In this document: piece by piece, positions 46,189-56,993 of the stretch
Position numbering within the stretch: position 1 is the stretch's first letter
Layout: every line of letters starts with the position of its first letter
From: Candidatus Binatia bacterium
Lineage (GTDB): Bacteria > Desulfobacterota > Binatia > Bin18
Assembly (NCBI GenBank): GCA_963664395.2
Contig: OY761159.2
Span: forward strand, 3,424,001 to 3,488,000
Direction of reading: 5' to 3'
DNA: 64,000 bases
Translations under genes and position numbers: made by a program
The notes under the pieces: generated by a model
The model's input: only the letters and a program-made list of their open reading frames with translations
Databases searched by the model: none
Told to the model about the DNA's origin: nothing

Positions 46189-47082
46189 CTACGAGTCAAG
46201 AAAACGCTTGGTCAGGTCCGCGTAGGCGTCAATCCGGCGGTCGCGGAAAAATGGCCAATACTGACGAGTGGTGTTGAGCTGACTGAGTGCGCACGGAATA
46301 ATCAGGGTTTCTTCACTGTCGGCGCTTGCCTGCTTGAGTACACGGCCAAACGGATCGCTGACGAATGACCTGCCCCAGAAATTGAGCACCCCTTCCCGGC
46401 CGACGCGGTTGACCGCGGCGACATACAGTCCATTGGCGATCGCGTGGCTGCGCTGCATGATTTGCCAGGCTTCACGCTGGGCCTGATGCTCTTCTGCACC
46501 GTCGTCCGGATGGTCGCCAATCGCGCTTGGATAAAACAGGAGCTGGGCGCCGCTCAGCGCGGTGAGCCGTGCGCCCTCGGGAAACCACTGGTCCCAGCAG
46601 ATGAGCACCCCAATCCGCGCGTAGCGGGTGTGGAAGGTGCGAAAGCCGAGGTCGCCGGGGGTAAAGTAGAACTTCTCGTAATAGAGCGGGTCGTCCGGGA
46701 TATGCATCTTGCGGTACTGTCCGAGGAGCGTCCCGTCGGCATCGATAACCACTGCGCTGTTATGAAAAATCCCCTCGGCTCTTTTCTCGAATATCGGCAC
46801 GATCAAGACGACCTGATGGGCAGCGGCGAGCGGCCTCAGTCGCTCGGTGGTCGGCCCAGGGATCGGCTCGGCCAGAGCGAACCGCTCAACGTCTTCGCTC
46901 TGGCAAAAATAGCGCGACCCGAACAATTCCTGGAGGCAGATGATCTGCGCCCCCTGACCGGCGGCCTCACGGATAGCGTCAGCGGCCTTCTCCAGGTTTT
47001 CGCTTGGCCGGTCGCTACACGACATCTGGACCAAGCCGAGGCTGACCTGCTGTGCTTGGGCTGAAGAGGGTATGCTCGTCAC
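46189..47082 (-). CDS. aguB: N-carbamoylputrescine amidase (carbon-nitrogen hydrolase)
   Basis: LQELF, YRKMHIPDDP.YYEKFYF.PGD, ICWDQWFPE, WPFFRDRR; adjacent to aguA. Confidence 0.9.
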   Translation of the reverse strand: MTSIPSSAQAQQVSLGLVQMSCSDRPSENLEKAADAIREAAGQGAQIICLQELFGSRYFCQSEDVERFALAEPIPGPTTERLRPLAAAHQVVLIVPIFEKRAEGIFHNSAVVIDADGTLLGQYRKMHIPDDPLYYEKFYFTPGDLGFRTFHTRYARIGVLICWDQWFPEGARLTALSGAQLLFYPSAIGDHPDDGAEEHQAQREAWQIMQRSHAIANGLYVAAVNRVGREGVLNFWGRSFVSDPFGRVLKQASADSEETLIIPCALSQLNTTRQYWPFFRDRRIDAYADLTKRFLDS

Positions 47083-47417
47083 AACGAGGAATTGTAAGGG
47101 ATGGCGTTTCCGGGCTCAATGCCACCCACTCTCAGGCAGGCTTTTGACACGGAATGTGAAAATCCCTATATACTTGAACGAGCTGGAAACTCAGACAAGT
47201 TGAGACCAAGAATATTGACTGGACTCGTCGTTCCTCCCTTGGCATTTCTGGACCTTCGGGTGAAATCTCCCTGTCGAGCATTTCTCGCGAATCTCTGCTT
47301 TCCCTTATCGACAACACCATTTTGATGTAACCCGTTGATACGAGGCGTGAGGAAGACAGCGGCCTCTCCTCTGCCGACAGATCAACGGCGCCCCGGATAT
47401 ATGACTGCCATAGGGGT

Positions 47418-49427
47418 GTGTCTTTCATGACTAGTATGACGAAGCGCGAAACAGCGGACACGAGACGGATTTTCCCGACCCCGGCGTGGGAAGCTGCGGG
47501 CGTGGTTGTGGATAGCCGAGCGTCGTCTGTCCACACGGCTCTGGAAGAGACTATCGCTCTCTACGGTATTCAGCACTGGGGAAGTGAGTACTTCAGCGTG
47601 AACACAAACGGGGAAGTCGTGTGTGCATTTCCCGCGTCGCAGCCTGCAACTACTCCGTTGAAAGAGATCATTGCCCGGCTTGAAGAACAGGGGATTTCAA
47701 CCCCCGTCGTGCTGCGTTTTCCGCAGATCATTGCGTACCAATTGAACAAGCTCGCCGGGGCCTTTCAAGCTGCGATAAAAGAATTTGGCTACCAGAAGGA
47801 TTACATCCCCGCCTATCCCATCAAAGTCAACCAAAAGAAAGAGGTGGTTCGAGATGTCCTGCACTTTGGGGACCCGTATCAAGTCGGCCTTGAGGTCGGC
47901 AGCAAAGCGGAGCTGGCAGTTGCCCTGGCCCTGACCCGTAATCGGCAATCGCCCGTTATTTGTAATGGAGTGAAGGACACCGACTATCTCAAACTGGCCC
48001 TCATCGGAAAGCAGATCGGCAAACGCGTCTTTATTGTATCGGAGAGCCTGTTTGAGTTGCACTCACTGATAGAGCTTAGCCAACGCCTGGGGATGCGGCC
48101 GTTTATCGGCCTCCGACTGAAATTAGCGGCCCGCGGAAGTGGGAAATGGGAGAAATCGAGTGGTGATCTGTCCAAGTTCGGGTTTACCACAACGGATCTC
48201 CTCAAATGTATCCGCCTCCTTCAAGAGGCCGATATGCTTGACTGCCTCAGTCTGCTGCATTTTCACATCGGCTCACAGGTCACGGAGATCAGACGAGTCA
48301 AATATGCGGTCAAAGAGGCCGCACGCACCTATGCCAAGTTGCGGCAAATCTGTCCGCAGCTCCACTATCTCGATGTAGGCGGCGGACTTGGGATCGATTA
48401 TGACGGCTCACGGACGGCCTCAGAGTCGAGTGTCAATTACTCTGTCCAAGAGTATGCCAACGACATTATTTACTCGATCAAGGAGGTATGTGAGAGCGAA
48501 GAGGTCGAAGAACCAACTGTGCTGACGGAGACCGGACGGATGATTGCCGCTCCGCACGCCATGCTGGTTTTCAATGCGGTAGATGAAATTGCGCTCTCGA
48601 ACGGTCCGGTCCATGTCGAGGACCACGGGGGGAAGCCCGAAGTCATTCAAGAGATGTACGACATTTATACCGGGACGAATGCCAAGAATTACCGGGAGTA
48701 TTATCACGACATCCTGGAGCAGCGCGAAGAAATGTTCTCGCTGTTTAACCTTGGTTATCTCTCGCTTGAAGACCGAGGGCTGGGTCAGGAACTCTTCTGG
48801 GGGACGTGTGAACGGGCGCTCAAGTTTGCCAAGTCGGTGAAGCATATGCCTGAAGAGTTTGAAGACCTGGAACAACGTCTGGCACACAAGTTCATTTGTA
48901 ATTTCTCTGTCTTCCAGTCCATTCCCGATTCCTGGGCGCTTGAGCAACTCTTTCCCATCATGCCGATTCACCGGCTGAATGAAGTGCCTGAGCGCAGGGG
49001 CTATTTGGCGGATTTAACCTGTGACTCGGATGGCAAGGTCGATAATTTTGTCGATCTCCACAACATTAAGGAATATCTGGAACTCCATAGGCTGAACGGA
49101 GAGCCGTATTACCTTGGCGTGTTCTTTACCGGGGCGTACCAAGATGTCATGGGTGACTACCATAATCTCTTCGGCCACGTACACGATGTGTCCGTAGTGG
49201 TGGATGAAAATGGGGCCGCTCGGATCACGAACATTACTCCAGGCCAGACGGTGGAAGATGTGCTGCGCGTCTTTCGTTATGAACGAGAAGAACTCCTTGC
49301 TGAATTTTGCAGTCGTATCCACGAAGGCCCTGCACGGAATGGCCGGCCTACGGAATCGGAGGAAAACCTGATTCGAGAGTATGAAGCGATTTTGGGAAGC
49401 TATACGTATCTGACACCTGATAAATGA
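47418..49427 (+). CDS. speA: biosynthetic arginine decarboxylase
   Basis: YPIKVNQ, GLEVGSKAEL, CNGVKD, HFHIGSQ, DVGGGLGIDYDG, NFSVFQS.PD.W, DLTCDSDG. Start uncertain. Confidence 0.95.
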   Translation: MSFMTSMTKRETADTRRIFPTPAWEAAGVVVDSRASSVHTALEETIALYGIQHWGSEYFSVNTNGEVVCAFPASQPATTPLKEIIARLEEQGISTPVVLRFPQIIAYQLNKLAGAFQAAIKEFGYQKDYIPAYPIKVNQKKEVVRDVLHFGDPYQVGLEVGSKAELAVALALTRNRQSPVICNGVKDTDYLKLALIGKQIGKRVFIVSESLFELHSLIELSQRLGMRPFIGLRLKLAARGSGKWEKSSGDLSKFGFTTTDLLKCIRLLQEADMLDCLSLLHFHIGSQVTEIRRVKYAVKEAARTYAKLRQICPQLHYLDVGGGLGIDYDGSRTASESSVNYSVQEYANDIIYSIKEVCESEEVEEPTVLTETGRMIAAPHAMLVFNAVDEIALSNGPVHVEDHGGKPEVIQEMYDIYTGTNAKNYREYYHDILEQREEMFSLFNLGYLSLEDRGLGQELFWGTCERALKFAKSVKHMPEEFEDLEQRLAHKFICNFSVFQSIPDSWALEQLFPIMPIHRLNEVPERRGYLADLTCDSDGKVDNFVDLHNIKEYLELHRLNGEPYYLGVFFTGAYQDVMGDYHNLFGHVHDVSVVVDENGAARITNITPGQTVEDVLRVFRYEREELLAEFCSRIHEGPARNGRPTESEENLIREYEAILGSYTYLTPDK

Positions 49428-49472
49428 ACAGAGATGAAGATCTAGGCTGGACAAAGAAAAGGCCCCCGGCCT

Positions 49473-50450
49473 ATGGCACACATTCTTGATGGTAACGAAC
49501 CGCAGACAATCGCTCGCGCAGCTGAACGACTCCAGGCTGGAGATATCGTGGCTTTCCCCACAGAGACGGTCTACGGCCTGGGGGCGAACGCGCTGAATGA
49601 AAAAGCGGTTGCCACAGTCTTTGCTGCAAAGAACCGCCCCGAGTTTGACCCACTGATTGTCCATGTCGCACACAAAAAGGTTGTTTCAAAATATGCGACA
49701 GGAGTAGACGAACGCGCCCGGCAACTCATAGACACATTCTGGCCCGGCCCGCTGACACTCGTTCTCCCCAAGCGAGCCCTTATTCCAGACCTTGTGACCG
49801 CCGGCCTGGAGACCGTTGCTCTTCGTATGCCGTCGCATCCGGTTGCGCTCGCGCTCTTACGAACCGTCGATTTCCCGATTGCTGCACCAAGCGCCAACCC
49901 GTTCGGGTACGTGAGCCCGACAACCGCGGCGCATGTGCAAGACTCGCTCGGGGATGCTGTTGATCTCATTATTGATGGCGGGCGGTGCACGGTCGGCGTT
50001 GAATCAACGGTGTGTGCGTTGACCGAGTACCAGGCAGTGCTGCTCCGGCCCGGGGGCGTAACGCTCGAACAGATAGAGTCGGTCATTGGGCCAGTCCACG
50101 TGGGTGAACCAACGCAAGCGGATAAACGTTCGCCGGGCACGCTGCTGTCGCATTATGCGCCGAGGGTTCCGGTTCAACTCCTTGGGCCTGGAGACTCTCT
50201 TCCTCAGCCCAGGGCCGGAGAACGAGTCGGGCTGCTCAGTCTCAGCCCTCGGTCCGATGCGACCGGTTATACGATAACGGAATCGCTTTCAGGGGACGGG
50301 AATCTGATAGACGCGGCGGCCTACTTGTTTGCCGCGCTCAGACGGCTGGATACATATGGATTGGATCGAGTCGTCATCGAATCCGTTCCTGAGACTGGCA
50401 TTGGCCGGGCCATCATGGATCGCCTCCGCCGGGCAGCGGCGCGTGACTGA
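49473..50450 (+). CDS. sua5: L-threonylcarbamoyladenylate synthase (Sua5 type)
   Basis: AFPTETVYGL, KNRP..DPLIVH, FWPGPLT, APSANPFG, SPG.L.SHYAP, AIMDRL. Confidence 0.93.
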   Translation: MAHILDGNEPQTIARAAERLQAGDIVAFPTETVYGLGANALNEKAVATVFAAKNRPEFDPLIVHVAHKKVVSKYATGVDERARQLIDTFWPGPLTLVLPKRALIPDLVTAGLETVALRMPSHPVALALLRTVDFPIAAPSANPFGYVSPTTAAHVQDSLGDAVDLIIDGGRCTVGVESTVCALTEYQAVLLRPGGVTLEQIESVIGPVHVGEPTQADKRSPGTLLSHYAPRVPVQLLGPGDSLPQPRAGERVGLLSLSPRSDATGYTITESLSGDGNLIDAAAYLFAALRRLDTYGLDRVVIESVPETGIGRAIMDRLRRAAARD

Positions 50451-51101
50451 TTACTTCAAGAGGCCCATCTGCGTGCTTGATACGTCCGCCGATTGGGAAT
50501 GATTGGAGTACGTCGTCCATGTCGGCGTGTACTGCTTCGATTGATTCCCCCAGGTGGACCAGCCTTCCCTGGGGCCACGTGCAAACAACTCAATAAACGG
50601 TCCGGGACTGCACGCTTCTATGATTGCGTACTGCTCGTCGGGCTTCCGGCTGTGCTCCCTCTTCCTGGAGAGCATGATATTTTCCTGTCTTCTGCCGGGT
50701 GCCAAGGTCCTGGCATGCTGCCCCTTCACGCCGAACAGCACCATCTCGGTGACGTTCCTGAAATAGAACCCGACTCCCCTTCTATCGGGGCCGCCGTCTT
50801 GTCTGACCTTGTACCAGATCAGATTCGTTTTGTACTGAAATCCCCAGCACTTCATGACCTGTAAGCCCTCCGCCAATAAGGCGTTGGGCACCCAGAGATA
50901 GAGATGGGCGGTCTCCTCCACCACGTCCCTGACGGGTAGGTTCTCAATTTCCTCAAACGTGAGCGTCGGATAGCGTGCCAGCCGTTTGTGCTCGGGTGCG
51001 ACCTTGCCGGTCTTGTTCTGAAATCGCCACGGTGGGTCGGCAAGCACGGTAGCGAACTTCCTTGTACCAACCTCTTCTCTGAAGTCTTCGGCCGCGCTCA
51101 T
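50451..51101 (-). CDS. MT-A70 family N6-adenine methyltransferase
   Basis: ADPPW, HLYLWVPN, WGF.YKTN, GVGFYFRN.TE, REHSRKP, ELFAR, WGNQ. Confidence 0.92.
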   Translation of the reverse strand: MSAAEDFREEVGTRKFATVLADPPWRFQNKTGKVAPEHKRLARYPTLTFEEIENLPVRDVVEETAHLYLWVPNALLAEGLQVMKCWGFQYKTNLIWYKVRQDGGPDRRGVGFYFRNVTEMVLFGVKGQHARTLAPGRRQENIMLSRKREHSRKPDEQYAIIEACSPGPFIELFARGPREGWSTWGNQSKQYTPTWTTYSNHSQSADVSSTQMGLLK

Positions 51102-51206
51102 TCGCTTGACATCTCCTTGGCCGACTTTCTGCTGAAGGGTTCTGAGGAGGTACGGAGAGGGCGGCAAGCGACCTCTCCGCTACAAGAGAAAGGGGTGCGG
51201 TGTATA

Positions 51207-53435
51207 TTACAGCGCGTCGATAATGGCGTTGAAGGTCGCGCTGGGACGCATGGCCGGTTCGGCCCTGGCCGGGTCGGGGAAATAATATCCGCCGATGTCC
51301 ATCGGTTCGCCTTGGGCGGCGATCATTTCCTGTGTGATTGTGGCTTCGTTCTCCTTGAGCGTTTTGGCAACGCCGGCAAAACGGGCCCGCAGGGAGGCAT
51401 CTGTGTTCTGGGCCGCCAGGGCTTCCGACCAATACAGGGCGAGGTAGAAGGTGCTGCCGCGGTTATCGATCTCATGCACCTTGCGCGAGGGGGATTTGGC
51501 GTTTTCAAAATATTTGCTGACTGCCTGATCCAGGGTTTCCGCGAGAACCTTGGCCTTGTCGTTCCCGGTGTTGGCGGCGATCAACTCAAACGAGGGGACG
51601 AGGGCGCAGTATTCGCCCAGGGAGTCCCAGCGGAGGTGGCCTTCTTTGAGGAACTGTTGCACGTGCTTGGGGGCCGAGCCGCCGGCACCGGTCTCGAAGA
51701 GGCCGCCGCCTTCCATCAGCGGGACGATAGAGAGCATTCGGGCGCTGGTCCCGAGTTCGAGAATCGGGAACAGGTCGGTCAGATAGTCTCGCAACACATT
51801 GCCGGTCACGGCAATCGTATCTTCGCCTCCGCGAATCCGTTCCAGGGCAAACCGCATCCCGGCCTGCGGCTCCATGATGCGAATATCAAGACCGGTGGTG
51901 TCGTGCTCCGGCAGATAGCGGTTGACTTTTTTGATTATTTCCGTGTCATGCCCTCTGCGCTCGTCCAGCCAGAAAATCGCGGGCGAACCGGACGCTTTGG
52001 CTCTGGCGACCGCCAGCCGGACCCAGTCGCGGATCGGCGCGTCCTTGGTCTGGCTCATTCTGAAGATGTCCCCGCTTTCGACAGGCTGCTCCAGAAGGGT
52101 GGTGCCGGAACCGTCCACAACGCGAATCGTTCCGGCCGCGGGTGCTTCAAACGTTTTGTCGTGCGACCCGTACTCTTCGGCTTTTTGGGCCATCAGGCCG
52201 ACGTTGGAAACGCTGCCCATGGTCGCCGGGTCGAACTGTCCGTACTTTTTGGCGTTTTCCAGGATTTCTTTGTATACGGTGGCGTAGCACCGGTCCGGTA
52301 TCATGGCGATGGTGTCTTGCAGTTGGTCTTGTGTATTCCACATCCGGCCCCCATCGCGCACGACATTCGGCATGGAGGCGTCAATAATGATGTCATTGGG
52401 CACGTGGAGGTTGGTCGTGCCTCGGCGTGAGTCGACCATGGCCAGGGCGGGGCGTTTTTCGTACACCGCGGCGATGTCGGCTTCAATCTCGGCTTTTGTA
52501 TTGGCCGGCAGGCGGTCAAGTCTGGCCAGCACATCCGCGAGTCCGTTGTTGACATTCGCGCCGACCTCAGCGAGCGCGTCCGCGTGCTTTTCTAACGCCT
52601 CCCGGAAGTACACCGACACGCAATGCCCGAACATAATGGGATCGGAGACCTTCATCATGGTCGCCTTGAGATGCAAAGACAGCAGCACGCCGTCTCTTTT
52701 GGCTGCGTCCATCTGCTCGGCATAGAATGCGCGTAAGGCCTTCACGTTCATGACCGAGGTGTCAATCACCTCGCCTGCAAGCAGAGACAGCCCCTCTTTG
52801 AGGACGGTCACGTTTCCGTCCGCGGCAACACATTCGATCCGCACGTCAGTCGCGGCGGCCAGGGTGGTCGATTTTTCGCTTTCAAAAAAGTCTTTTGCCT
52901 GCATGTGGACGACTTGGGCTTTCGAGCCGCTTTCCGGCCACTGCTGCATCATTTTGTGGGGATTTTTCTGGGCGAATTTCTTGACCGAGGCTGCGGCCCT
53001 GCGGTCCGAGTTGCCTTCCCGCAGGACAGGATTCACGGCTGAACCGAGCACCACGGCAAAGCGTGCTTGTAATGCCCGCTCCTCAGCGGTTGTGGGCTCT
53101 TCCGGATAATCGGGGATAGCGTACCCCTTGGCTTGGAGTTCCTTGATCGCGTCTTTCAACTGAGGAATGGTTGCGCTGATATTCGGCAGCTTAATGATAT
53201 TGGCTTCCGGCGTCTTGGTCATTGCACCGAGTTGCGTCAGGTAATCCGGGATTTTTTGCTCTTCAGTGAGGGCGTCGGGAAAGTTGGCGATGATTCTGCC
53301 GACAAGGGAGATATCGCTTGTTTCGACCTCAATACCCGAACCTTTGGTATAGGCCCGCACGACCGGAAGGAGGGCAAAGGTTGCCAAGGCCGGTGCTTCA
53401 TCAATCTGGGTCCATGTGATTTTCGCTGTAGTCAT
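51207..53435 (-). CDS. icd: monomeric NADP-dependent isocitrate dehydrogenase
   Basis: [58 protein letters not shown]. Confidence 0.96.
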   Translation of the reverse strand: MTTAKITWTQIDEAPALATFALLPVVRAYTKGSGIEVETSDISLVGRIIANFPDALTEEQKIPDYLTQLGAMTKTPEANIIKLPNISATIPQLKDAIKELQAKGYAIPDYPEEPTTAEERALQARFAVVLGSAVNPVLREGNSDRRAAASVKKFAQKNPHKMMQQWPESGSKAQVVHMQAKDFFESEKSTTLAAATDVRIECVAADGNVTVLKEGLSLLAGEVIDTSVMNVKALRAFYAEQMDAAKRDGVLLSLHLKATMMKVSDPIMFGHCVSVYFREALEKHADALAEVGANVNNGLADVLARLDRLPANTKAEIEADIAAVYEKRPALAMVDSRRGTTNLHVPNDIIIDASMPNVVRDGGRMWNTQDQLQDTIAMIPDRCYATVYKEILENAKKYGQFDPATMGSVSNVGLMAQKAEEYGSHDKTFEAPAAGTIRVVDGSGTTLLEQPVESGDIFRMSQTKDAPIRDWVRLAVARAKASGSPAIFWLDERRGHDTEIIKKVNRYLPEHDTTGLDIRIMEPQAGMRFALERIRGGEDTIAVTGNVLRDYLTDLFPILELGTSARMLSIVPLMEGGGLFETGAGGSAPKHVQQFLKEGHLRWDSLGEYCALVPSFELIAANTGNDKAKVLAETLDQAVSKYFENAKSPSRKVHEIDNRGSTFYLALYWSEALAAQNTDASLRARFAGVAKTLKENEATITQEMIAAQGEPMDIGGYYFPDPARAEPAMRPSATFNAIIDAL

Positions 53436-53598
53436 GTTCGCTCCTTAACTGTCCCATGACGGTATGTGAGCATGGGATTATACCAAATCGCGGGTCTATC
53501 GTAAGGGTGGGGGCGGTGTGACACCGCCCGTCGCATTGCAAAGCGTGGGGGAAGATAGTAGACAGTGAAAGTTGTTCAGCCAGCGGAAGGAGGCGGGT

Positions 53599-54663
53599 AT
53601 GCGACGAATGCTGCTCCTTTGTTCTCTTGTGTGTGTTCTTGGTTTCTTCTCAGCGTGTCATGAAGCGGTTGAGGAAGTCCCGCTGAGTACCAGCCTGATT
53701 ACTATTACTGATAAATTTTTTGACGTAGAGGCCCTCTCGGCTGACACAGCGGTGGTTGTCGGCTATGCGGGCAAGATTCTCCGCACCGCCGATGGCGGCC
53801 AAAGCTGGCAGGTCAAGGACAGCGGGACGAATGCCGCGCTGTACAGTATTGCTTTTCCTGATGAGCACAATGGCTGGGTCAGTGGGCAGGATGGCACCCT
53901 GCTGCACTCCAAGGATGGGGGCGAGACCTGGCAGCGGCAGGACAGCCAACTGAGTGATCCGATATTTGGCCTTTCTTTCATCGATACCCACCACGGCTGG
54001 GCCGCGGCTGATCGGGCGACGTATCTGAAAACGACAAACGGCGGAGAGTCCTGGGAGTCGGGCTATATCCAGCCCTCGCTCGAAGGAGTCGGAGCGGATG
54101 CAACCCTGGCCCTGGTGGACCCCATCTTCTACGCTGTGCAGTTTCTTGACGAAAACTCTGGCTGGATTGTTGGCGAGTTTGGCAAGATTCACCACACCAC
54201 AGATGGCGGGCAGCACTGGGTGGAGCAGCAGAACAGCCTGCTCGGACAGTTGGGATTTACCGATGCCTTAAACCTCCCCACCTTCTTTGGGCTCTCCTTT
54301 TCCGACGCGAACAATGGCGTGGTTGTCGGACTTGAGGGGAAAATTGCGACCACATCCAATGCCGGTCAGCAGTGGAACTTTACCGGACAAGCCGGCCCTG
54401 GTGGAGCCCTATTCGATACTGAACCACTCTATGCGCCACATTTAATAGGGACTGAGGGCCGTGGCTGGATCGTGGGTGGAGCCGGCCGGGTCCTGCGCCT
54501 TCAAGCTGGAGAATGGACACCGACGAGTATTGGCATGCCTATCGCAACCTGGCTGCGTGCGGTCGATTTCTACGATGCCGAGCATGGCTGGATTGTGGGT
54601 GGGTATGGAGCCATCTTACGGACGACGGACGGCGGCAAGAGCTGGCTGCGTGTTTTTGGATAA
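53599..54663 (+). CDS. YCF48-like BNR-repeat beta-propeller lipoprotein
   Basis: Lipobox-like FFSAC; repeated GW.VG..G.I..T.DGG..W. Confidence 0.85.
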   Translation: MRRMLLLCSLVCVLGFFSACHEAVEEVPLSTSLITITDKFFDVEALSADTAVVVGYAGKILRTADGGQSWQVKDSGTNAALYSIAFPDEHNGWVSGQDGTLLHSKDGGETWQRQDSQLSDPIFGLSFIDTHHGWAAADRATYLKTTNGGESWESGYIQPSLEGVGADATLALVDPIFYAVQFLDENSGWIVGEFGKIHHTTDGGQHWVEQQNSLLGQLGFTDALNLPTFFGLSFSDANNGVVVGLEGKIATTSNAGQQWNFTGQAGPGGALFDTEPLYAPHLIGTEGRGWIVGGAGRVLRLQAGEWTPTSIGMPIATWLRAVDFYDAEHGWIVGGYGAILRTTDGGKSWLRVFG

Positions 54664-54705
54664 CAACCGATTATTCAAATTCTTCAAATTGGGGAGTAAA
54701 AGTAT

Positions 54706-55500
54706 ATGACCGATACGGCGTTTGATATTGCAGGCAAAGTGACCGTTGTCACCGGCGGTGGAACCGGCATTGGTGCGGAGATCGCGGCTGAGTTCTGCCG
54801 ACGGGGCGCTCCGGTCATGATTACGAGCCGGACGATGGATCATTTAGGGCCGGTGGCTGAAGGGATACGGAAGAACGGCGGCGAGGTCGAAACTATTGTG
54901 TGTGATGTCCGCAAAAACGATCAGGTTGAGGCCGTTATCAAGAAGACAGTAGAGAAGTGGGGCCAGGTCGATATCTTGATCAATAATGCCGGGGCGAGCT
55001 TTGTTGCCAACGCACACGAGATTTCCGCGAATGGATTCAGCGCCATTGTGGCTATTAATCTGAACGGCACCTTCCTCTTCTCCAAGGCGGCCGCCTTGGT
55101 GATGATGGAAAAGAAGACCGGCGGCAATATTATTAATATTGCGTCTGATGCCGGGGTGTTCGGTTCGGCCACGATGTCCCACTATGGGGCGGCAAAGGCG
55201 GGCATTATCAATCTGACCCGCTCGCTGGCCATTGAATGGGCAGACTATGGCATTCGGGTGAACTGTATCTCGCCCGGTCCGATTGAAACGCCAGGGGTCA
55301 AAGAAGTCCTGTGGCCTACAAAGGAGCTGCAAGATAAGGCAACCGGCTCAACCGCACTGAATCGCTTTGGGACGGGACTCGAAGTGGCGTGGCCCTGTGT
55401 TTTCCTGGCTTCAAAAGCCGGTGGGTATATTAATGGTGTCAACCTCCAAGTCGACGGCTGCATGACACGGGCCGGCATACCCGAGAGTCGGCTCAATTAG
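54706..55500 (+). CDS. SDR family oxidoreductase (dienoyl-CoA reductase-like)
   Basis: TGGGTGIG, NNAG, YGAAK, VNCISPGPI. Confidence 0.9.
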   Translation: MTDTAFDIAGKVTVVTGGGTGIGAEIAAEFCRRGAPVMITSRTMDHLGPVAEGIRKNGGEVETIVCDVRKNDQVEAVIKKTVEKWGQVDILINNAGASFVANAHEISANGFSAIVAINLNGTFLFSKAAALVMMEKKTGGNIINIASDAGVFGSATMSHYGAAKAGIINLTRSLAIEWADYGIRVNCISPGPIETPGVKEVLWPTKELQDKATGSTALNRFGTGLEVAWPCVFLASKAGGYINGVNLQVDGCMTRAGIPESRLN

Positions 55501-55544
55501 GCTGGATTACACCAGAAACCGGAGTATTGAACGGAGTATTGAAT

Positions 55545-56945
55545 ATGGTCGGTATTGTTTCGTATGGGTCGTATATCCCTTCGTATCGTCTCCCGCGCGA
55601 TGTGATTGCCAAAGAGTGGGATTCTCCGTCGTTAGGCGGGGAGCGGGCGCTGGCGAGTTTTGACGAGGATAGCCTGACCCTGGCAATGAATGCGAGTATT
55701 GACGCCCTGGGAGATCGCAATCCTAAAGATATCGCGGGGATATTTTTTGCCTCAACGACCTCGCCCTACCGAGAGAAGCAGGCCGCCGCCACCGTTGCCA
55801 CCGTCCTGGATACGGGTAAAGAGCTGCGGACCATGGATTTTACAGATTCGCTGCGCGCCGGTACCTCAGCGCTCATAACCGCGTTGGATTTAGCCAAAGC
55901 CGGCGAACTGTTCGTGGTCTGTGCCGGCGACTCGCGCATGGGCGAGCCTGACACGTTGCAGGAACAGAACTACGGGGATGCCGGTGGTGCAGTTGTCATT
56001 GGTACAGAAAACGTGATTGCGGAGTTGGTTGGTACCTACACGGTGAGTGAAGAATTCATAGGGACGTGGCGGACCGAAGAGCAGGACTATCTCAAATCGT
56101 TTCCGGGCGGGTTTGAGAACAAATTTGGCTATAATAGATTTGTTGCAGCCACCGTCCAGGGCATCCTGCAAAAATGTCATCTCGAAGCTAAGGACATTGC
56201 CACCGCGGCTATTGCCGCCCCGACGCAAAAGGCATTGCAGAGCGCATTGCGCAGCCAAGGGCTGGACATGAAGACCCAAGTCCAGGAAACGTTTTGGAAT
56301 ACGATTGGCGACGCCGGAACAGCGCAGCCCTTGGTGCTTTTAGCCGCGGTATTGGAACGAGCTAAGCCCGGCGATCTGATACTCGTTGTCGGTTACGGTG
56401 ATGGGGGTGATGCCGCGATCTTTCGGGCCACGGCTGCGATTGCCGATTTTCAGGTTGTGCGCAGCGTATACTCGCAGATTGAAATCAAGCGGACGCTAAA
56501 ATCGTATGGGAAGTATGCGCGTTTCAGGAAGCTGATGCGTAAAGATTACTCGACAGAAGACGCCTCAACCCCTGTGGTGCTTCTGCGTGATCAAAAACAG
56601 ATCCTGCCGCTCTACGGGGGGAAATGCCCGGCCTGTGGCGTCATCCAGTTTCCCATTCACCGCATCTGTACGGAATGCGGCTATCGTGACGGACTTGAAG
56701 AGGTCAAGCTGTCCCGGCGGGGGACGCTCTTTACCTTTACGAACGATTATCTGACCGAGACGCCCGACCCGCCAACAACGCACGCCGTGGTCGATCTTGA
56801 GGGCGGCGGTCGTGTCTTTGTCCAACTGACGGATTGCGAGGCGGACAGGGTTGAAATCGGCATGCCGCTTGAGTTGACATTCCGGAAATATCATGAAGGC
56901 TACGGGATCAAGAATTATTTTTGGAAGGCCAGACCCGCGGAATAG
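55545..56945 (+). CDS. HMG-CoA synthase-like domain fused to DUF35 Zn-ribbon/OB-fold
   Basis: GIVSYGSYIP.YRL, DEDSLTLA, GDAGGA, IGDAG; C-terminal CPACG..CTECG and ELTFRK..YFWKARP. Confidence 0.85.
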   Translation: MVGIVSYGSYIPSYRLPRDVIAKEWDSPSLGGERALASFDEDSLTLAMNASIDALGDRNPKDIAGIFFASTTSPYREKQAAATVATVLDTGKELRTMDFTDSLRAGTSALITALDLAKAGELFVVCAGDSRMGEPDTLQEQNYGDAGGAVVIGTENVIAELVGTYTVSEEFIGTWRTEEQDYLKSFPGGFENKFGYNRFVAATVQGILQKCHLEAKDIATAAIAAPTQKALQSALRSQGLDMKTQVQETFWNTIGDAGTAQPLVLLAAVLERAKPGDLILVVGYGDGGDAAIFRATAAIADFQVVRSVYSQIEIKRTLKSYGKYARFRKLMRKDYSTEDASTPVVLLRDQKQILPLYGGKCPACGVIQFPIHRICTECGYRDGLEEVKLSRRGTLFTFTNDYLTETPDPPTTHAVVDLEGGGRVFVQLTDCEADRVEIGMPLELTFRKYHEGYGIKNYFWKARPAE

Positions 56946-56993
56946 AAAGTCTGAAAGTCGAAAAGACGGAGCACGTCCTCGAAAGGAGGCAGT

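Noticed and set aside
50988-52430. 480-aa plus-strand ORF, and similar long ORFs at 37949-39109, 44058-45062, 11323-12249 and 56565-57545
   Set aside because: Antisense shadows of well-supported genes (icd, pncB, ligA, nicX, thiolase), typical of GC-rich codon bias, with no motifs.
55520-55543. 12-bp tandem repeat CGGAGTATTGAA x2 before the HMGCS-like gene
   Set aside because: Most simply a slippage duplication of the RBS region; only two units and no evidence of function.
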